Shown here piece by piece: positions 11,946 to 24,603 of a DNA stretch of 64,000 nucleotides. A program made the position numbers and the translations under genes. Every line of letters starts with the position of its first letter. Position 1 is the stretch's first letter. The stretch is from Antedon mediterranea (lineage: Eukaryota > Animalia > Echinodermata). The notes below the pieces were generated by a model, which was not told the DNA's origin, did not search any database, and saw only the letters and a program-made list of their open reading frames with translations. Where the stretch lies: assembly GCF_964355755.1 (NCBI RefSeq), contig NC_092670.1, positions 38,428,388-38,492,387 of the forward strand, read 5' to 3'.

Positions 11946-13009
11946 AGTTTGAAAACAGTACTTAAATAACCTATACATTCTCTCAACAAATAATTTATAA
12001 AATACACTTTCCTAAAATATTTTTCCTTCTAAAATATTATTAGTATAGAAATAATCATTATGTACATATATATCTATATACATTATTTACATATCATTTA
12101 AATGCACACTACATCATCATTCTATAAAACCTGTGGAATGTTGTAACTACAGTATGAAGATCACACTAACATGTGGTGTCTTAATTTGGACGGAATATAA
12201 CTTGTTATCATTTAATTTGCATATTACTTAAAATTAATTTTAACTTACGACATTTAACATTTTTACACAGTGTTTCATTTTTTGTGCAATTATGTGTGTG
12301 TACATAATATATTTTATTGTATATCTATTTATTATTTTACTAATAATTGTCAATCGTCAAGAAGAATTTCTGTTGTTATTTTATGATGATGATGGACAAA
12401 TAAAGCATTTCAGTATTCAGTATTCAGTATTTAACAGTTATTTAAATAAAAATTATAAATCAGATTTTCTAATTAAAATTAAAGTAAATCATAAATATAA
12501 AATATCATCATAATTAAATAATTCATTTATTTAGGGAAAAGTAAAAATATGTGATTTTTCAATGTAATTTTTCTCTCCGCTTTAATTTATGTTTCATATT
12601 ATCTAAACCTACCAATTAAAATCTTTGTCACTTGGTATATTCCCTTTGAATTAGTGCCATGTTTAATATTTGTTTATTATTGGACATATTAGTGTTAATT
12701 TATCGTTTAAAATCTGAATTCTATCAATGCTTGAAATATTAAATAATAATAATACTGTAATAGCATTTTTAGTAATATTATACTACTGTATTGCTTGGTA
12801 TAGAGTCAATATAATTGACTAGAGAGTCAACCATCCAATGTACCATATCTTTATGAATGTACTCACAGCTCAAAAGAGTCCCTCTATTAACAATGGCTCT
12901 TCGACCATAACAGACTCGCTATCATCATGTTAAAATATATGAACCATACTTTTATTTATAATTACTATCTCTTAGTAAATAATGTTGTCATACTGATATT
13001 ACTACATTT

Positions 13010-13177
13010 CTAAATTGGTGGTAAATATATACTAGCGCCCTCTTCAGTTTTGTCTGTGTGTTCCGCTTCAGGTTTGTCCGTTTGTTTGTTGGTTGTTGTT
13101 AACAATTGCTTGTTGTTACCCTTGGCAGTAACACTCGGAAAACTGTTCATATTTTCATCTAGTAACATTGGTTTTAC
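13010..13177 (-). CDS. DYRK4: DYRK4-like kinase, last coding exon
   Basis: T-run + ag acceptor; 56 codons VKPMLLDEN...EEGASIYLPPI-stop, phase 0. Confidence 0.75.
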   Translation of the reverse strand, partial: VKPMLLDENMNSFPSVTAKGNNKQLLTTTNKQTDKPEAEHTDKTEEGASIYLPPI

Positions 13178-13507
13178 CTAAAAAAAATATAACACTGAGG
13201 TTTAAACAAATGCAATTAATTTAAAAATAAATGCATAGAAATAAAAAAATAAATAAACAAAAAAATAGCAATATAATTATTATATTATTATATGATTTGA
13301 CTTTGACTAATGAATACTTTTGCGATACTGTTTTGAGTATGAACATATTCACTATTAATCGCAAAGTTTATGTGACAAAAAACTGTGATGTGTGATATAT
13401 GAACATAATGATGTCATATCACTACCATATTTGGGCATATCACTACCATATTTGGGCACATCACACAGTTAGATAGTGTAGACAGAGTTTAAGATGTATT
13501 ACGTTAC

Positions 13508-13689
13508 CTTATTGACTGGTTTATCAGGTGCTTCTGCAATGGTTCCATTCACCATGGTTTTTTCTCTAATCTTGGCGGCGCTATGCTTAGCACTATGCTT
13601 AGCACTATGCTTAGCACTGTGTTTAGCAGTGTGCTTTTCGGTGGCGTTTTTATGCTTTGATTTTATGTCAACCTCAGTTTTTGCTTTAG
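13508..13689 (-). CDS. DYRK4: DYRK4-like kinase, C-terminal tail exon with KHSA repeat
   Basis: ttctag acceptor and gtaacg donor; phases match both neighbours. Confidence 0.78.
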
Positions 13690-14223
13690 CTAGAAAGGAA
13701 AAAAACAAATTTAATAGTAAAAAAAAATGTCAAAACTAATATTTATAAATATTAAAAATAAAAGTACTCAGATTCATCTAGTATAGATCATCAATAAAAT
13801 CATAAGTTGTCAAAATCACATTAAAAATATAATAATCGTATTTACCACAAGTATCAATAGATAGTTTCCATTTTTTAAATAGAAAAAAAAATTAGCTGAA
13901 ATTAATCTGTGACTTCTCATAGGTTTTATTCACATATAAAAAGAGAAAAGAAACTCACAAAAACCATTGTCTGACAGACAATTTAAGTATTTGTTGCTTT
14001 AAATTACATTTTTTCAGGTAAAATAACTATTATGTGACAATAAAATGATGACACATTCAAAAACATTTAAAATAAAAAATATTTTTCAATAAGCGAGCAG
14101 CGTTTTTTGTAAGAAATATTTTTTGTTATTCCTGGTGTTTGTATTGTTTATTTATTTTATATCTTAATGTAATTAATAAATAAATGTAATACACTATACA
14201 GAATATACCACAATATTACTTAC

Positions 14224-14366
14224 GAAGTGATATTAGGTTGGAGCCTGAAGTTGCTTTTGAGATGGGTTGAGAAGTTGGTTTTGCGGCTTTGCGGTGTATC
14301 CGTCCTTCTTGTATCCACTCGTGCCTCATGGCTTCGTCTGGCGTCATTCGCTTGTCTGGATCCCAC
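14224..14366 (-). CDS. DYRK4: DYRK4-like kinase exon (subdomain XI)
   Basis: WDPDKRMTPDEAMRHEWIQEG; ag/gtaagt junctions. Confidence 0.9.
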
Positions 14367-14917
14367 CTATAAAAATCGTTGAATTTATTTCATTGAGAAA
14401 TGAAGATTTTATGGGCGTACCATATTTGGGCACATCACTACCATATTTGGGCACATCACACTTTCACACAAACTAGTTTGATAGTGTAGATTTAACTGTA
14501 GAGCTTAAGAGAGTTTGTTGGGTGTTAGCGAACCAACATCCCATCTGAAGGATGATAGCACCAAGGGGGTACAAGCACTGGTATCAAAAGCCTTACCACA
14601 AGTCAAATTGTAAAGCTCTGTCGACACTATCAAACTAGTTTTACAAAAAGAGTGTGATGTACCCAAATATGGTAGCGATGTACCCCAACATGGTAGTGAT
14701 ATGTCCATATATGAGCACATCACATTTTTTTTGTCACATACAGTTTAATAGTGTAGACAGAGTTTTAACATTGCCATTGCTCATATTTTGAATATTTTTT
14801 CTATAATATACACTTGTATAGTATTAATAATTTAAAATACTAATATATGTTTAGATAGTTTTGGGGAATTTGTTGGGTGTTTGAACATAGTTGACAGTGT
14901 ATTAAAATTGATCTTAC

Positions 14918-15047
14918 TCTAGGCATCTTTGTATAAAATCTAAGAAGTTTGCATCTGTCGTCTTAATTGCATAACTTAAGTCTTTAGAGTTTGGTCGACG
15001 TTTCTTTCCTTTACTGTTTGTTAAGCATCTCGGATTTCCCTTGGAAT
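14918..15047 (-). CDS. DYRK4: DYRK4-like kinase exon (CMGC insert)
   Basis: DSKGNPRCLTNSKGKKRRPNSKDLSYAIKTTDANFLDFIQRCLE; canonical junctions. Confidence 0.92.
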
Positions 15048-15616
15048 CTAAAAAAGAAGTTAAAAAATAAAATTTTATTAATATTGAAAAAAATAAAATA
15101 GTGCAAAAACAAACATTGATGACAACCCTTTGCAACCTTTGACTGAAAGATAGGCAAAATGAATAAGAAGGCAACAAAGAAGTAATCAAAGTATATGGGA
15201 TACATATAACACATTGGATAATGCTATTTGTAACTACATCTTAATTTAGGAGGTTCTCACATATTATACGTTTGACATTTCAACCCAGGGTTCCACTTTA
15301 ACATGTCAAATTATTATAAATAATTGTTACAAAATAAATTTATGAAACATTGATTCAGGTGAATGCCCTGAGGGATGTGCCTTGTGAACACGTGTTGTAA
15401 TGTTAAACAACATTGCGGTTAATTAAATTACCAATATCCTCACGCCTTTAGGTATAAGCGGAAGTTAATAATTATGTAGAATAAGACGTACACGCTATAA
15501 ACGTACAAACGATAGGAGGAGATTGATGAAATTCTACACCACAGAAAACACACTCATAGCAGGATGTGTCAATCTTAATGTATGTGTATGACATTTAATT
15601 TAAATTAAAACCTTAC

Positions 15617-15677
15617 CAAAGAATAGTCTTTTTCTATGTGCTTCGGCTGTGAGGTGATTTGGTGGCAGGCCAAGTAT
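15617..15677 (-). CDS. DYRK4: DYRK4-like kinase exon
   Basis: ILGLPPNHLTAEAHRKRLFF; cag acceptor, gtaagg donor. Confidence 0.9.
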
Positions 15678-16723
15678 CTGTAAATATTAAACAACTAATT
15701 AAATTTAAAAAAAGTCCACCATCATAGTAAAGGCTAGGCTAGGAAGCTAGGCCATAAAAAAGGCAGCGTTGCAATTTTGGATGCAGAGCGTAGCACAGGC
15801 AATGCAAACTACAGGTTGATTTTCAAAAGCGAATCAGTTGAAAACCAACCAATCAAGGAAACATTCAGGTGTGTATCCCATCATGCTTTTAACTGGGTTG
15901 TGAGCACTCAATCATTGAAATCAATTGGATGTCAGACGTTTGCCTGAATGTTTGCCAAGCCTATTCTTTTATTCCTATCTTTACTGTAATTCATTTAATT
16001 ATAAAGGTCTAAATGACTACAATGAGGGATAATGACTCTCTTATTGCAAAATCAAATACAGTAAAGTAGAAATAATGCTTAATGCACAGCTTCCAAGAAG
16101 GCACAATATTAATTCTTTTTTTTAATAATTATATAATAATAATATAATTATAAATTCGCTTGCATGTTTCCGTTACAAGGTTTTGTCTAAATTAACTAAT
16201 GTTGTCTTATTATTGGTAGATTTTTGCAAGTATATTGCATCATATTTTATGTCTTCAACCCTGTTATGGTGACGTATGGTCATTGTAGGGTGATGATTAA
16301 ATAACACAAACAAAATTTTTTATTTCTTTTTGAAAAAAATATTATTGAAATTGACTGGAAGTCGATGGATTCTTGGTTGAATTTAACCATTTGTTTTGTC
16401 TTTTTATAAAGTGAAAAAATTTTTTTTTTCTACAGAGTGATTTATTTTATATAAATTGCGAAATGTCTATTCAAAGTCTTTTTTTAATATTCTTCTATTC
16501 TCATGTTTTTTGGGGACAAAACATCTTTAAATAATAATAATGCGCTAAATGTTAAAACACTAGATATTTATTTATTTATTCTTTATTCTACAGGCACTTT
16601 CAGTACTATAGTGCATTGATTTTCAAAGTGGTACAGTAATTGGAAATAACATTAACAAACATAATAAAGATAAAGACAAAGAGTAATTGAAATTATAGAG
16701 AAAATATACTGAAAAGTGAGTCA

Positions 16724-16927
<204 letters not shown>

Positions 16928-17277
16928 TTATAAATCAAAATTAACAATATTTTCTTTGATATTAGTTGATATAAATCATGATAAATTGGAATGCTATTGG
17001 GGTTTGAAATCATGGGAAAACTTTTGGGTTACATTTTCCTGCCAATGGCAATATTATTATAAAGTTTGTTCACAAATGATCACTACATATTTGTTTTAAT
17101 TCACTTTATATTGCATAAAGCTCTGTGAACACTATCAAACTAGTTTGACAAAAAAAAGTGTGATGTGCCTAAATATGGTGATATGACATCATCGTGTCCA
17201 TATATGAGCACATCACATTTTGTTAATGTCACATAGAGTTTGATAGTGTAGAAAATAATAAATTAATGTGTTCAAAC

Positions 17278-17498
17278 CTCTCTGATGCTCATAACAACTT
17301 GATCCAAAGTCAATGACCTTAATTGAACTCTGACCCTTCTGTCGTAACAGTATGTTTTCTGGCTTCAGATCGCAATGAATGATGTGTTCTCGTTGCAGCA
17401 TTTTGAGACATTGTAGTAACGCTGTTGCGAATCGTCGGATCAATGCCACACTAAATCCTTGGAAATTGTTCTTTTTAATTAATTCATAAAGATTCATT
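17278..17498 (-). CDS. DYRK4: DYRK4-like kinase exon (catalytic loop)
   Basis: [13 protein letters not shown]...[10 protein letters not shown], the DYRK signature. Confidence 0.95.
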
Positions 17499-19003
17499 CT
17501 GTAAAAAGAAACGCAATTAATTAATTAATTAAGGCTGGAAAAACACTTGTCTACTTCTTTCTGCAAGTTTGCCCCCTATAGTAGACAAGATAATATATAG
17601 AAACACGTCGAGGGACACACAAGCTTCGGCTTTATAAGTCTCAACATCAAGTAAATCAAGTAAATTTAATTAGATGCTTAAAATTATAAAATATACAGTC
17701 AAATCTCCCAATACCATTTAAATGAAAAACAGCTATTATTCTATTACAAATCATTAACTGAACATTTATGATACATTATTCCAAATACGGTTTAACCGAT
17801 CATAACAACGTTTGTACTTGAAAAATCAAAGAACGAAAAATTTATTTTAATTTACAAATCATATTAATTGTGATAGATTAGATTATGTGAAGATGAATGA
17901 CAAAACCTGACTTAAAAAATCAATTCACATCAAAGCAAACCAAATTATCTCTGATGTAACATTTGGAGAGCATCATGTTTCCTTGGTAACAGCACTAAAA
18001 ATGTCACATGATATTTCCTACAAGGAAATATCAATGATGATAAACCCATCAACGCAAAAACGTATGTAAAATAATTTAATTATGTCATAAAAACATCGAA
18101 ATAGAATTCAATTGACTTAATCCATCAACTAACGTATGTAAATGATTTAATTATATTAAAAAGTCAAAATAGAATTCAATTCACTTTCAAATAACATATG
18201 TAAATGACTTAATTACATTGAAAATCAAAGAGATTCAATTTATGTATAACCATTTTTGAAAATGTGTAATTCTTATCAATTTGGTTTTTTTTTTGCCATC
18301 GTAAACTTTGATTTCGTATTTGAAGCAGGTGCAACCAGCAAAGATCAGCTGTCAAAAATGAACTAATTGCAACAACATGACAATCACATCGGCCGATTCC
18401 TATTGCATAATCAAATAATAATATAGTAGTACTGTAGTAATAACCTAGTATGCGCAATCGTGGGAATAGTGACATGTATAAAGGTTTTCATAGAAAATTA
18501 GATCATTCATACAAGAGTATGCATGTCATTAACTATTCTTGCACCTGTGTGACACCTGTGTGCCCATGTAAATATTGTCAAAATTACAGTTACCATCACA
18601 GCCCAGCTGCCCCCCCCCCCTTCCCCACATTTTGCAAATTGTAAGTGTAATGCAAAAGATAGGACACCAAATTAAGCTCAGCCCTTCATTTCACCATTTT
18701 TAGGCACTGGGTGCCCCCTTATTTCAAAATCCTGGATCCGTCACTGCATCTCATACCCCTTCCCAAATGAAAATGATCATAAATATATACTATACCACAT
18801 GAATTGAATATTAATAATAAACCATATTGAATTTTTAATTGTTGTACTTGTAATTACAGTCCATCTATATATTTTTCATGGGATGTTTTTTAAATGTACT
18901 GTAGTACTTTGAGTTTGGAAAGCCACTCAAGCGTGTAATCATTTTTAATAACTGTTGTTTGATTTACCCGGAGATTAAAGAAAAATAATATCATTTTACT
19001 CAC

Positions 19004-19144
19004 CCTAAGAGTTCAAAGGTTATACACAGGTGGTTCCTAAAGTAGAAGTATTCAGACATGTGGATCACATTATGTGAGCTGTCTTTATCTTTCCTCCTCA
19101 GCGCATCAAGAATTTTTACTTCAATTAATGCTTGGTGGTGAAAC
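19004..19144 (-). CDS. DYRK4: DYRK4-like kinase exon
   Basis: [46 protein letters not shown]; cag/gtgagt. Confidence 0.93.
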
Positions 19145-19970
19145 CTGTTGAAATTAATATAAATATCATACTTTAATTAATCTATTGTCTCCTGGCTAGT
19201 ACAATATTCAAGCTCTGTCTACCCTATCAACATGACAAAAAAAATGTGATGTGCCCATATATGGATATGATGATGTCATATCAATACCATATTTGGGCAT
19301 ATCACTACCATATTTGGGCACATCATGCTTTTTTTGTCAAACTAGTTTGATAGTGTAGACAGAGCTTTATATATATAAGTTTGCTTTGATTATTACATTG
19401 AAATGAGTAAACAAGTTTAAATATTGCTTGACAGGCTGCGTGGGAAAAGTGTTATTAGTTACTGCTATATGTTGTAAGCAAGTTTGTTTAATACGTTATT
19501 AGAAATCAATAAGTAATTATTATTTGAAATTAGGCCAGGTAATTTGAGTTTTGTTTGATTATGGTTTCAAATTTGTGTTGGATATTAATTAGGATTAATT
19601 GAGGTTTCTTTGAGGTTTCTTTCTTTCGTCAGCTTTCCCTTCGTATTTACTCGAGCGATATTGCCTTTTAGATTTCTTTTTCTTAGGCTTAAATTCTAAT
19701 ATATAGGTAACTGACCCAGATCAGGTTAGTCCCATAGTGTATCTTTATATTTATCGGAAAGTCACATTTGATAGAGAATAGGTAGTTGAAGATGAAGAAG
19801 ATTATTGTTTGTTTGTTTTTCTGCACACACATAACATTGAAAATAGAAGCAGAAGAAGGCTAAAATAAGTTTGGACACAAACTTTACCGTAAGTCATGAC
19901 CACCAGATTTAAATTTTTTTTAAAGAAATAAAATATTTAAGGTTAAATAAAGAAAAAAAATGATACCAAC

Positions 19971-20107
19971 CTTTTCTTATTGCGTATAATCTTAATTGCT
20001 AATATTTGACCAGTCTTGTGGTCTAAAGCTTTCACTACCTGACCGAATGACCCTTTACCGATCACCTCCAAAACTTCATATCTATACACAAGATGGTCAT
20101 GTAAAAC
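19971..20107 (-). CDS. DYRK4: DYRK4-like kinase exon (Gly-rich loop, catalytic Lys)
   Basis: [45 protein letters not shown]. Confidence 0.95.
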
Positions 20108-20160
20108 CTATAGAAATATAATTTATAATATATAATTTACAGACACATAGAAAGTTTATT

Positions 20161-20320
20161 TACCATATTTATTCCAATAAATGGCCCACTCTGAATAAAT
20201 GCCTCCTCTGAATAAACGCCTCCTTCGAATAAACGCCCCTTTCAAATAAACTCCCCCATAGAACATCGTTTGGAATACACACCACCGTTTATTTTTTTTC
20301 CGCAATTAAACGCCTCGCAA
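20161..20320 (+). mobile_element. DNA-transposon end remnant with subterminal GAATAAACGCC repeats
   Basis: TACCATATTTATTCCAATAA terminus followed by ~5 degenerate GAATAAAYGCCYC units; no partner end found. Confidence 0.45.
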
Positions 20321-20771
20321 CATGCATACACACAATGTTATAACACATTTCTATTTGTAGTAGAATTCATTGACTTTCATGATCTACAATTTAACAAGAA
20401 TTTTGTTAACATTTTTACTGTATTTTATCACATCTCGATATTACCGTATTTGTATTTTGTTTCATATCTAGGGGAAATTTATTTGATTATACATATTACC
20501 ATAGTGATACAAAACAATCAAAAGAAAAAATAAGTATAATCAAAAATGTTTTTAAGAACTTCTCATAGTTGTCCAGAAAATATATTAAAATTATTTTTAG
20601 GTAAGACAATATTCAAGAGCCCCAGGTACATGTCATGTGTTGTATTACTGTAAGTAGATATTAAAAGATATAAATACAATCAAATTGAATATATAATAAT
20701 AAATGAAAGTCTATAAATAGATATAAATTTAACATATCAGCAGATGTCTTGGTAAGTACTATAGAAGAAAT

Positions 20772-20935
20772 TCTATAATCTGAGTTTTGGAACCAAGGCC
20801 TTTGGATTATGTTAAATTTATTATACTATTGCTATCTAATATAATAATTATCTCTATAATCTGAGTTTTGGAACCAAGGCCTTTGGATTATGTTAAATTT
20901 ATTATACTATTGCTATCTAATATAATAATTATCTC
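20772..20935. repeat. Perfect 81-bp tandem duplication
   Basis: TCTATAATCTGAGTTTTGGAACCAAGG...ATAATTATC starts at 20772 and again at 20853. Confidence 0.92.
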
Positions 20936-21465
20936 TCGGTATCTAATACATAGAATATTGATATTTATCATTATGTTTTTTTCCTATCTGTTTGGATCCC
21001 TTGTTGCTAGGAGATTGCGGAATTTGAAACAGACTTTGGTTGCTTAATTTCTCTTGCTGTTTCAGTATTTGATAAATTAGTGAGCTGTTGTTTCTGAATT
21101 GTAGACGATGGACAAACTAAATTCTGTCTGATATGTATATTCCAATCTGCAGAGAGTACTGTTTCGATCTTATTAGATCTCGTCAGTGCAGCTCAGGTTT
21201 CGAAATGAAATGTACCGCAGAACTGGCACAATATATAGGCTGAGCCAGGTATGCGGGACATGGTACATTAATTATGAACACAAAGAGTGCACAAGCTCAA
21301 CGAGCGTGCTTTGTATACTGTTTGATATGTACAATATATATCACAGGGGTTCTCAGACAGACAGACAGTACTCAGGCCAAATGCGGCCTGCGATTGCATT
21401 TCATATGACTCTCAAAGAGCTACTGCTAACTAATATAAAATAAATAAAAGTAACATACGGTTTAA

Positions 21466-21807
21466 AGATATATTGTCCCCACAAAAATTTTTTTCTTTCA
21501 CATTTTTAGTTCTATATGCCATTTTAATGTCATGCATTAAATAATTATTCACTTTGACCAAAAACTGGATCGAGAAAAAAAAATTAATTACCTGAAAAAA
21601 ATTTAATTTAAAGCAAAAAATAAATTAGTTAAATTGTCTGTTTCAATAGTTTTTGGTTAAGATTAATCGTTTCGTTTTTGTATTTTTATAAGTAAAAATT
21701 TTTTTTTTCAACAAAAATGAACAACTTGATTAAAACTGCAAAATAGCCTATTAAAAGTCTTTTTTTTATTAATCTTCATTTTCATGTTTTTGGGGGACAA
21801 TACATCT
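21466..21807. mobile_element. Kolobok-type non-autonomous element (TTAA target)
   Basis: TTAA|AGATATATTGTCCCC ... GGGGACAATACATCT|TTAT; related copies at ~16300-16526, 42396-42655, 55839-56120 and 61392-61735. Confidence 0.7.
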
Positions 21808-22465
21808 TTATGGAAACAATTTTCTGCAGTATATTTATAGTTTACTGCAGTAAGGTAATACATCAAAAGGTCATGGTAGGATGTTGACAAAGATGAAAAG
21901 GAAATATTTAATGTTTTTCCTGTTTCTTTTCATTATTATCTCTCAATAGAATTGTCATTATTTTTTTGCAGGTGACTTTAAAATAATCATTCATTTTGAA
22001 TATTTTTTTTATCCATTACCATCTGCATGTATTGACAATCAAATTAAACATAACAAAATCTCCCCTGGAATGGTTCAATCCGTTTACAAAATGTGTCTGT
22101 TATTGATAAATCTTCACAAAACATTGAATACATTAATGAGGATTTTTATTTACGGACTTAAGTAACCATTATCCCACCCACCACTTGGACACTCAGGGCC
22201 GTAGCTCCCCTCTCCCCAAGATATGAGCACTGTAATTTTTATAATTCCATATTTTTGTCATCCGAACAGTTCGTCTGATTAGTCCCAAGAGTAATTTAGG
22301 TTACACATGTGTAATTGAGCTTAAAGTCTGAACATAGCCTATGACAAACTAGGCCTAACATAGGAACCGATTTCATCATCATAAAGTCATCATAAAATAT
22401 GCCTACCTTAAACATAGGAACCGTTTTCATCATCATAAAATCATCATAAAATATGCCTACCTTAA

Positions 22466-22997
22466 AGATGTATTGTCCCTTGAAACACAAAAAAATGAAG
22501 GTCAAAATATTCTAAATTGAAAGTGGCCATATCAAAGTAATATTAAAGTTGAAAATTTGAGGCAAAAACAACAAGTTTACGTAATTAACAGGTAAATTAG
22601 TTTGATTACATTTCATCTGGAAAATCGTCACGAGCGAAAGTAAACAAAGATTTCAAACCATGAGTACGCATTATGCATATGCTAAATTAGGATTGTTTAC
22701 AACTCGTCACGGTTAAGAAGGTATTTTAACACAGATCATGAGGAAGTTTTATGATTATACATACAGAGTAGCCAAAAAAGCGCGTTTCATTATGGGATAT
22801 GTTTTGATTGAAAACTTTGACTGGAAGTCAAAGTTATTTTTTAAACAAAAAAACGTCTGTATTTCAGTTAAATTTTTTTTTTTCGAAAAATTGTTGGTGA
22901 TAGTTAATAACTATTATGATACTTCAAAATGACCCACCTTTTTTCGAAATCTTTTATTTTTTATTTTTTTTGAATTAGTCAAAGGGACAATACATCT
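22466..22997. mobile_element. Kolobok-type element, longer variant, perfect TTAA TSD
   Basis: TTAA|AGATGTATTGTCCCT ... AGGGACAATACATCT|TTAA; a TTAA TSD with AG..CT termini fits Kolobok rather than piggyBac (CC..GG). Confidence 0.75.
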
Positions 22998-23049
22998 TTA
23001 ACATAGGAACCGTTTTCATCATCATAAAATCATCATAAAATATGCCTAC

Positions 23050-23213
23050 CTTAACATAGGAACCGTTTTCATCATCATAACCATTGTTGTTGGAGGCTCC
23101 TTGTATACCCTCTATCTTCTTAGCTTCTAATCCTAAGAACCATATCTCATTGTACTCCTGCATTTCAGATTGCTCAAACGCTGTCAGTTTTTGTCTGTAC
23201 ATTGATAAACACT
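23050..23213 (-). CDS. DYRK4: DYRK4-like kinase exon (NAPA region and DH box)
   Basis: CLSMYRQKLTAFEQSEMQEYNEIWFLG...NNGYDDENGSYVK; class 2 DYRK N-terminal motifs. Confidence 0.93.
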
Positions 23214-23679
23214 CTGTAATGGAAAAAAAAAACCAGATCATTTCATTCACTTTATGTTTATCTTACACACCTAAAATACAAATTGTACAAGATGAACACC
23301 AAAGTGTTATTAAATTACAAAATGGTGGTACAATCTGCAGTAAATTTATAGTTTACTGCAGTTGTTAAATAAAGTCGGATTAATAAAATCAGACTTTAAA
23401 TAGGCCATTATTACAAAATGGTGATACAATAGACGGAATTATTTGCAACAATGTGGAAATATACACATTTTAAACATAAAAATATAAGAAAATACAAGAA
23501 AAGGGTGGAGAAAAGGGTGGAAATAAATAAGTAAGTAAGGTAGCACAAATTGGACAGGAGGTTGAGATAATGAACTCATTTAACTGTAAAAAATATGAAG
23601 CTTTGAAAAGTTGGACATACTACTGCATGTTGATTTAATATTTACTGTTTTGAATATTTGGGCTAAATTACAAAATTCC

Positions 23680-23884
23680 TTTTTTTTTTTTAAATTTCAT
23701 ACACATCCAACAGTGAGCACAAACTCCTAATTACAGGATGGATAAACTATTTACTAATTTATCACGCTTAAAAACTAAGTCTCATTTGAGGCTTAGGGAG
23801 TGGAGGAAAAATCCTGGCACTGGATTGAACCCCGAACCTTGGGATTGGAAGGCAAGCATGTTAACCACCAAGCTACAGCTCCAC
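23680..23884 (-). mobile_element. tRNA-derived SINE (family S1)
   Basis: Minus-strand head GTGGAGCTGTAGCTTGGTGGTTAACATGCTTGCCTTCCAATCCCAAGGTTCGGGTTCAATCC has A/B boxes and a tRNA-Gly(TCC)-like loop; A-rich tail; four copies in the window. Confidence 0.8.
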
Positions 23885-24111
23885 TAACATGTATAAATTG
23901 GTTAATTTTTGCTGCTGAGGTTTCTTATTTCTTATATAGGTTTAAAGTCAATAAAGGACACAGTAATAATGTATTAGGTTACAAAGATAGTAATAATATA
24001 AAGAATTAAAATGATGAATCTGTGTTTGTTTTAAAAAAAATGGATGAAGATCGATTATGATGATGACGAGAGATTTCTGATAAAGATGAGCAAACAGAAT
24101 GATAATCTTAC

Positions 24112-24185
24112 CGTTTGGCGACAAAGGGAAGCCACTTGAATGATCTGCTTTAGGCTTCTCTTGTTTAATATCTTTCTTAAAATCA
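24112..24185 (-). CDS. DYRK4: DYRK4-like kinase N-terminal exon
   Basis: DFKKDIKQEKPKADHSSGFPLSPN; tttcag/gtaaga; phases fit both sides. Confidence 0.8.
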
Positions 24186-24603
24186 CTGAAAAAATGTTAA
24201 TTAAATTAATTTATTTTACTGTAAAAAATACAAAAAGATATACAGTACTCAACAACTACTTCTTGTAGAGTACTTTTTAAACTGAAAAGTTTCTAAGTTA
24301 ATTAAATAAAGACATATTCATCTTTTTGTTTACCCTACTCTCTAATTTAAAATAGATACAATTAAGGTAATGACACTGAGTTATTACATTTGATCTATAT
24401 TTGGCAAATACTGAAATCATTAGTTATCGTTTTTTTCAATTTCTCTTTTTTCATCTTATAAACAACAACTGATTGTTGAGTTCTTTTTAAACCGATTAGT
24501 TCTAAGTTAGTTAAATAAAGACATTTTCATTTAAGATCCCATATTTTTATAACCCACTCTCTAATTAAAATTAAAATTAAAAAAATAAATACAATTAAGA
24601 TGA

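Noticed and set aside
11468-11978. Poly-Asn / YHYYIWA ORFs on both strands
   Set aside because: Products of the (AAT)n microsatellite and the 21-bp MITE repeat.
22466-22997. piggyBac assignment from the TTAA TSD
   Set aside because: Termini are AG..CT, not the CC..GG typical of piggyBac.
23820-23884. tRNA-Gly gene
   Set aside because: No complete acceptor stem, and it is attached to a shared body and A-rich tail in four copies; it is a SINE head.
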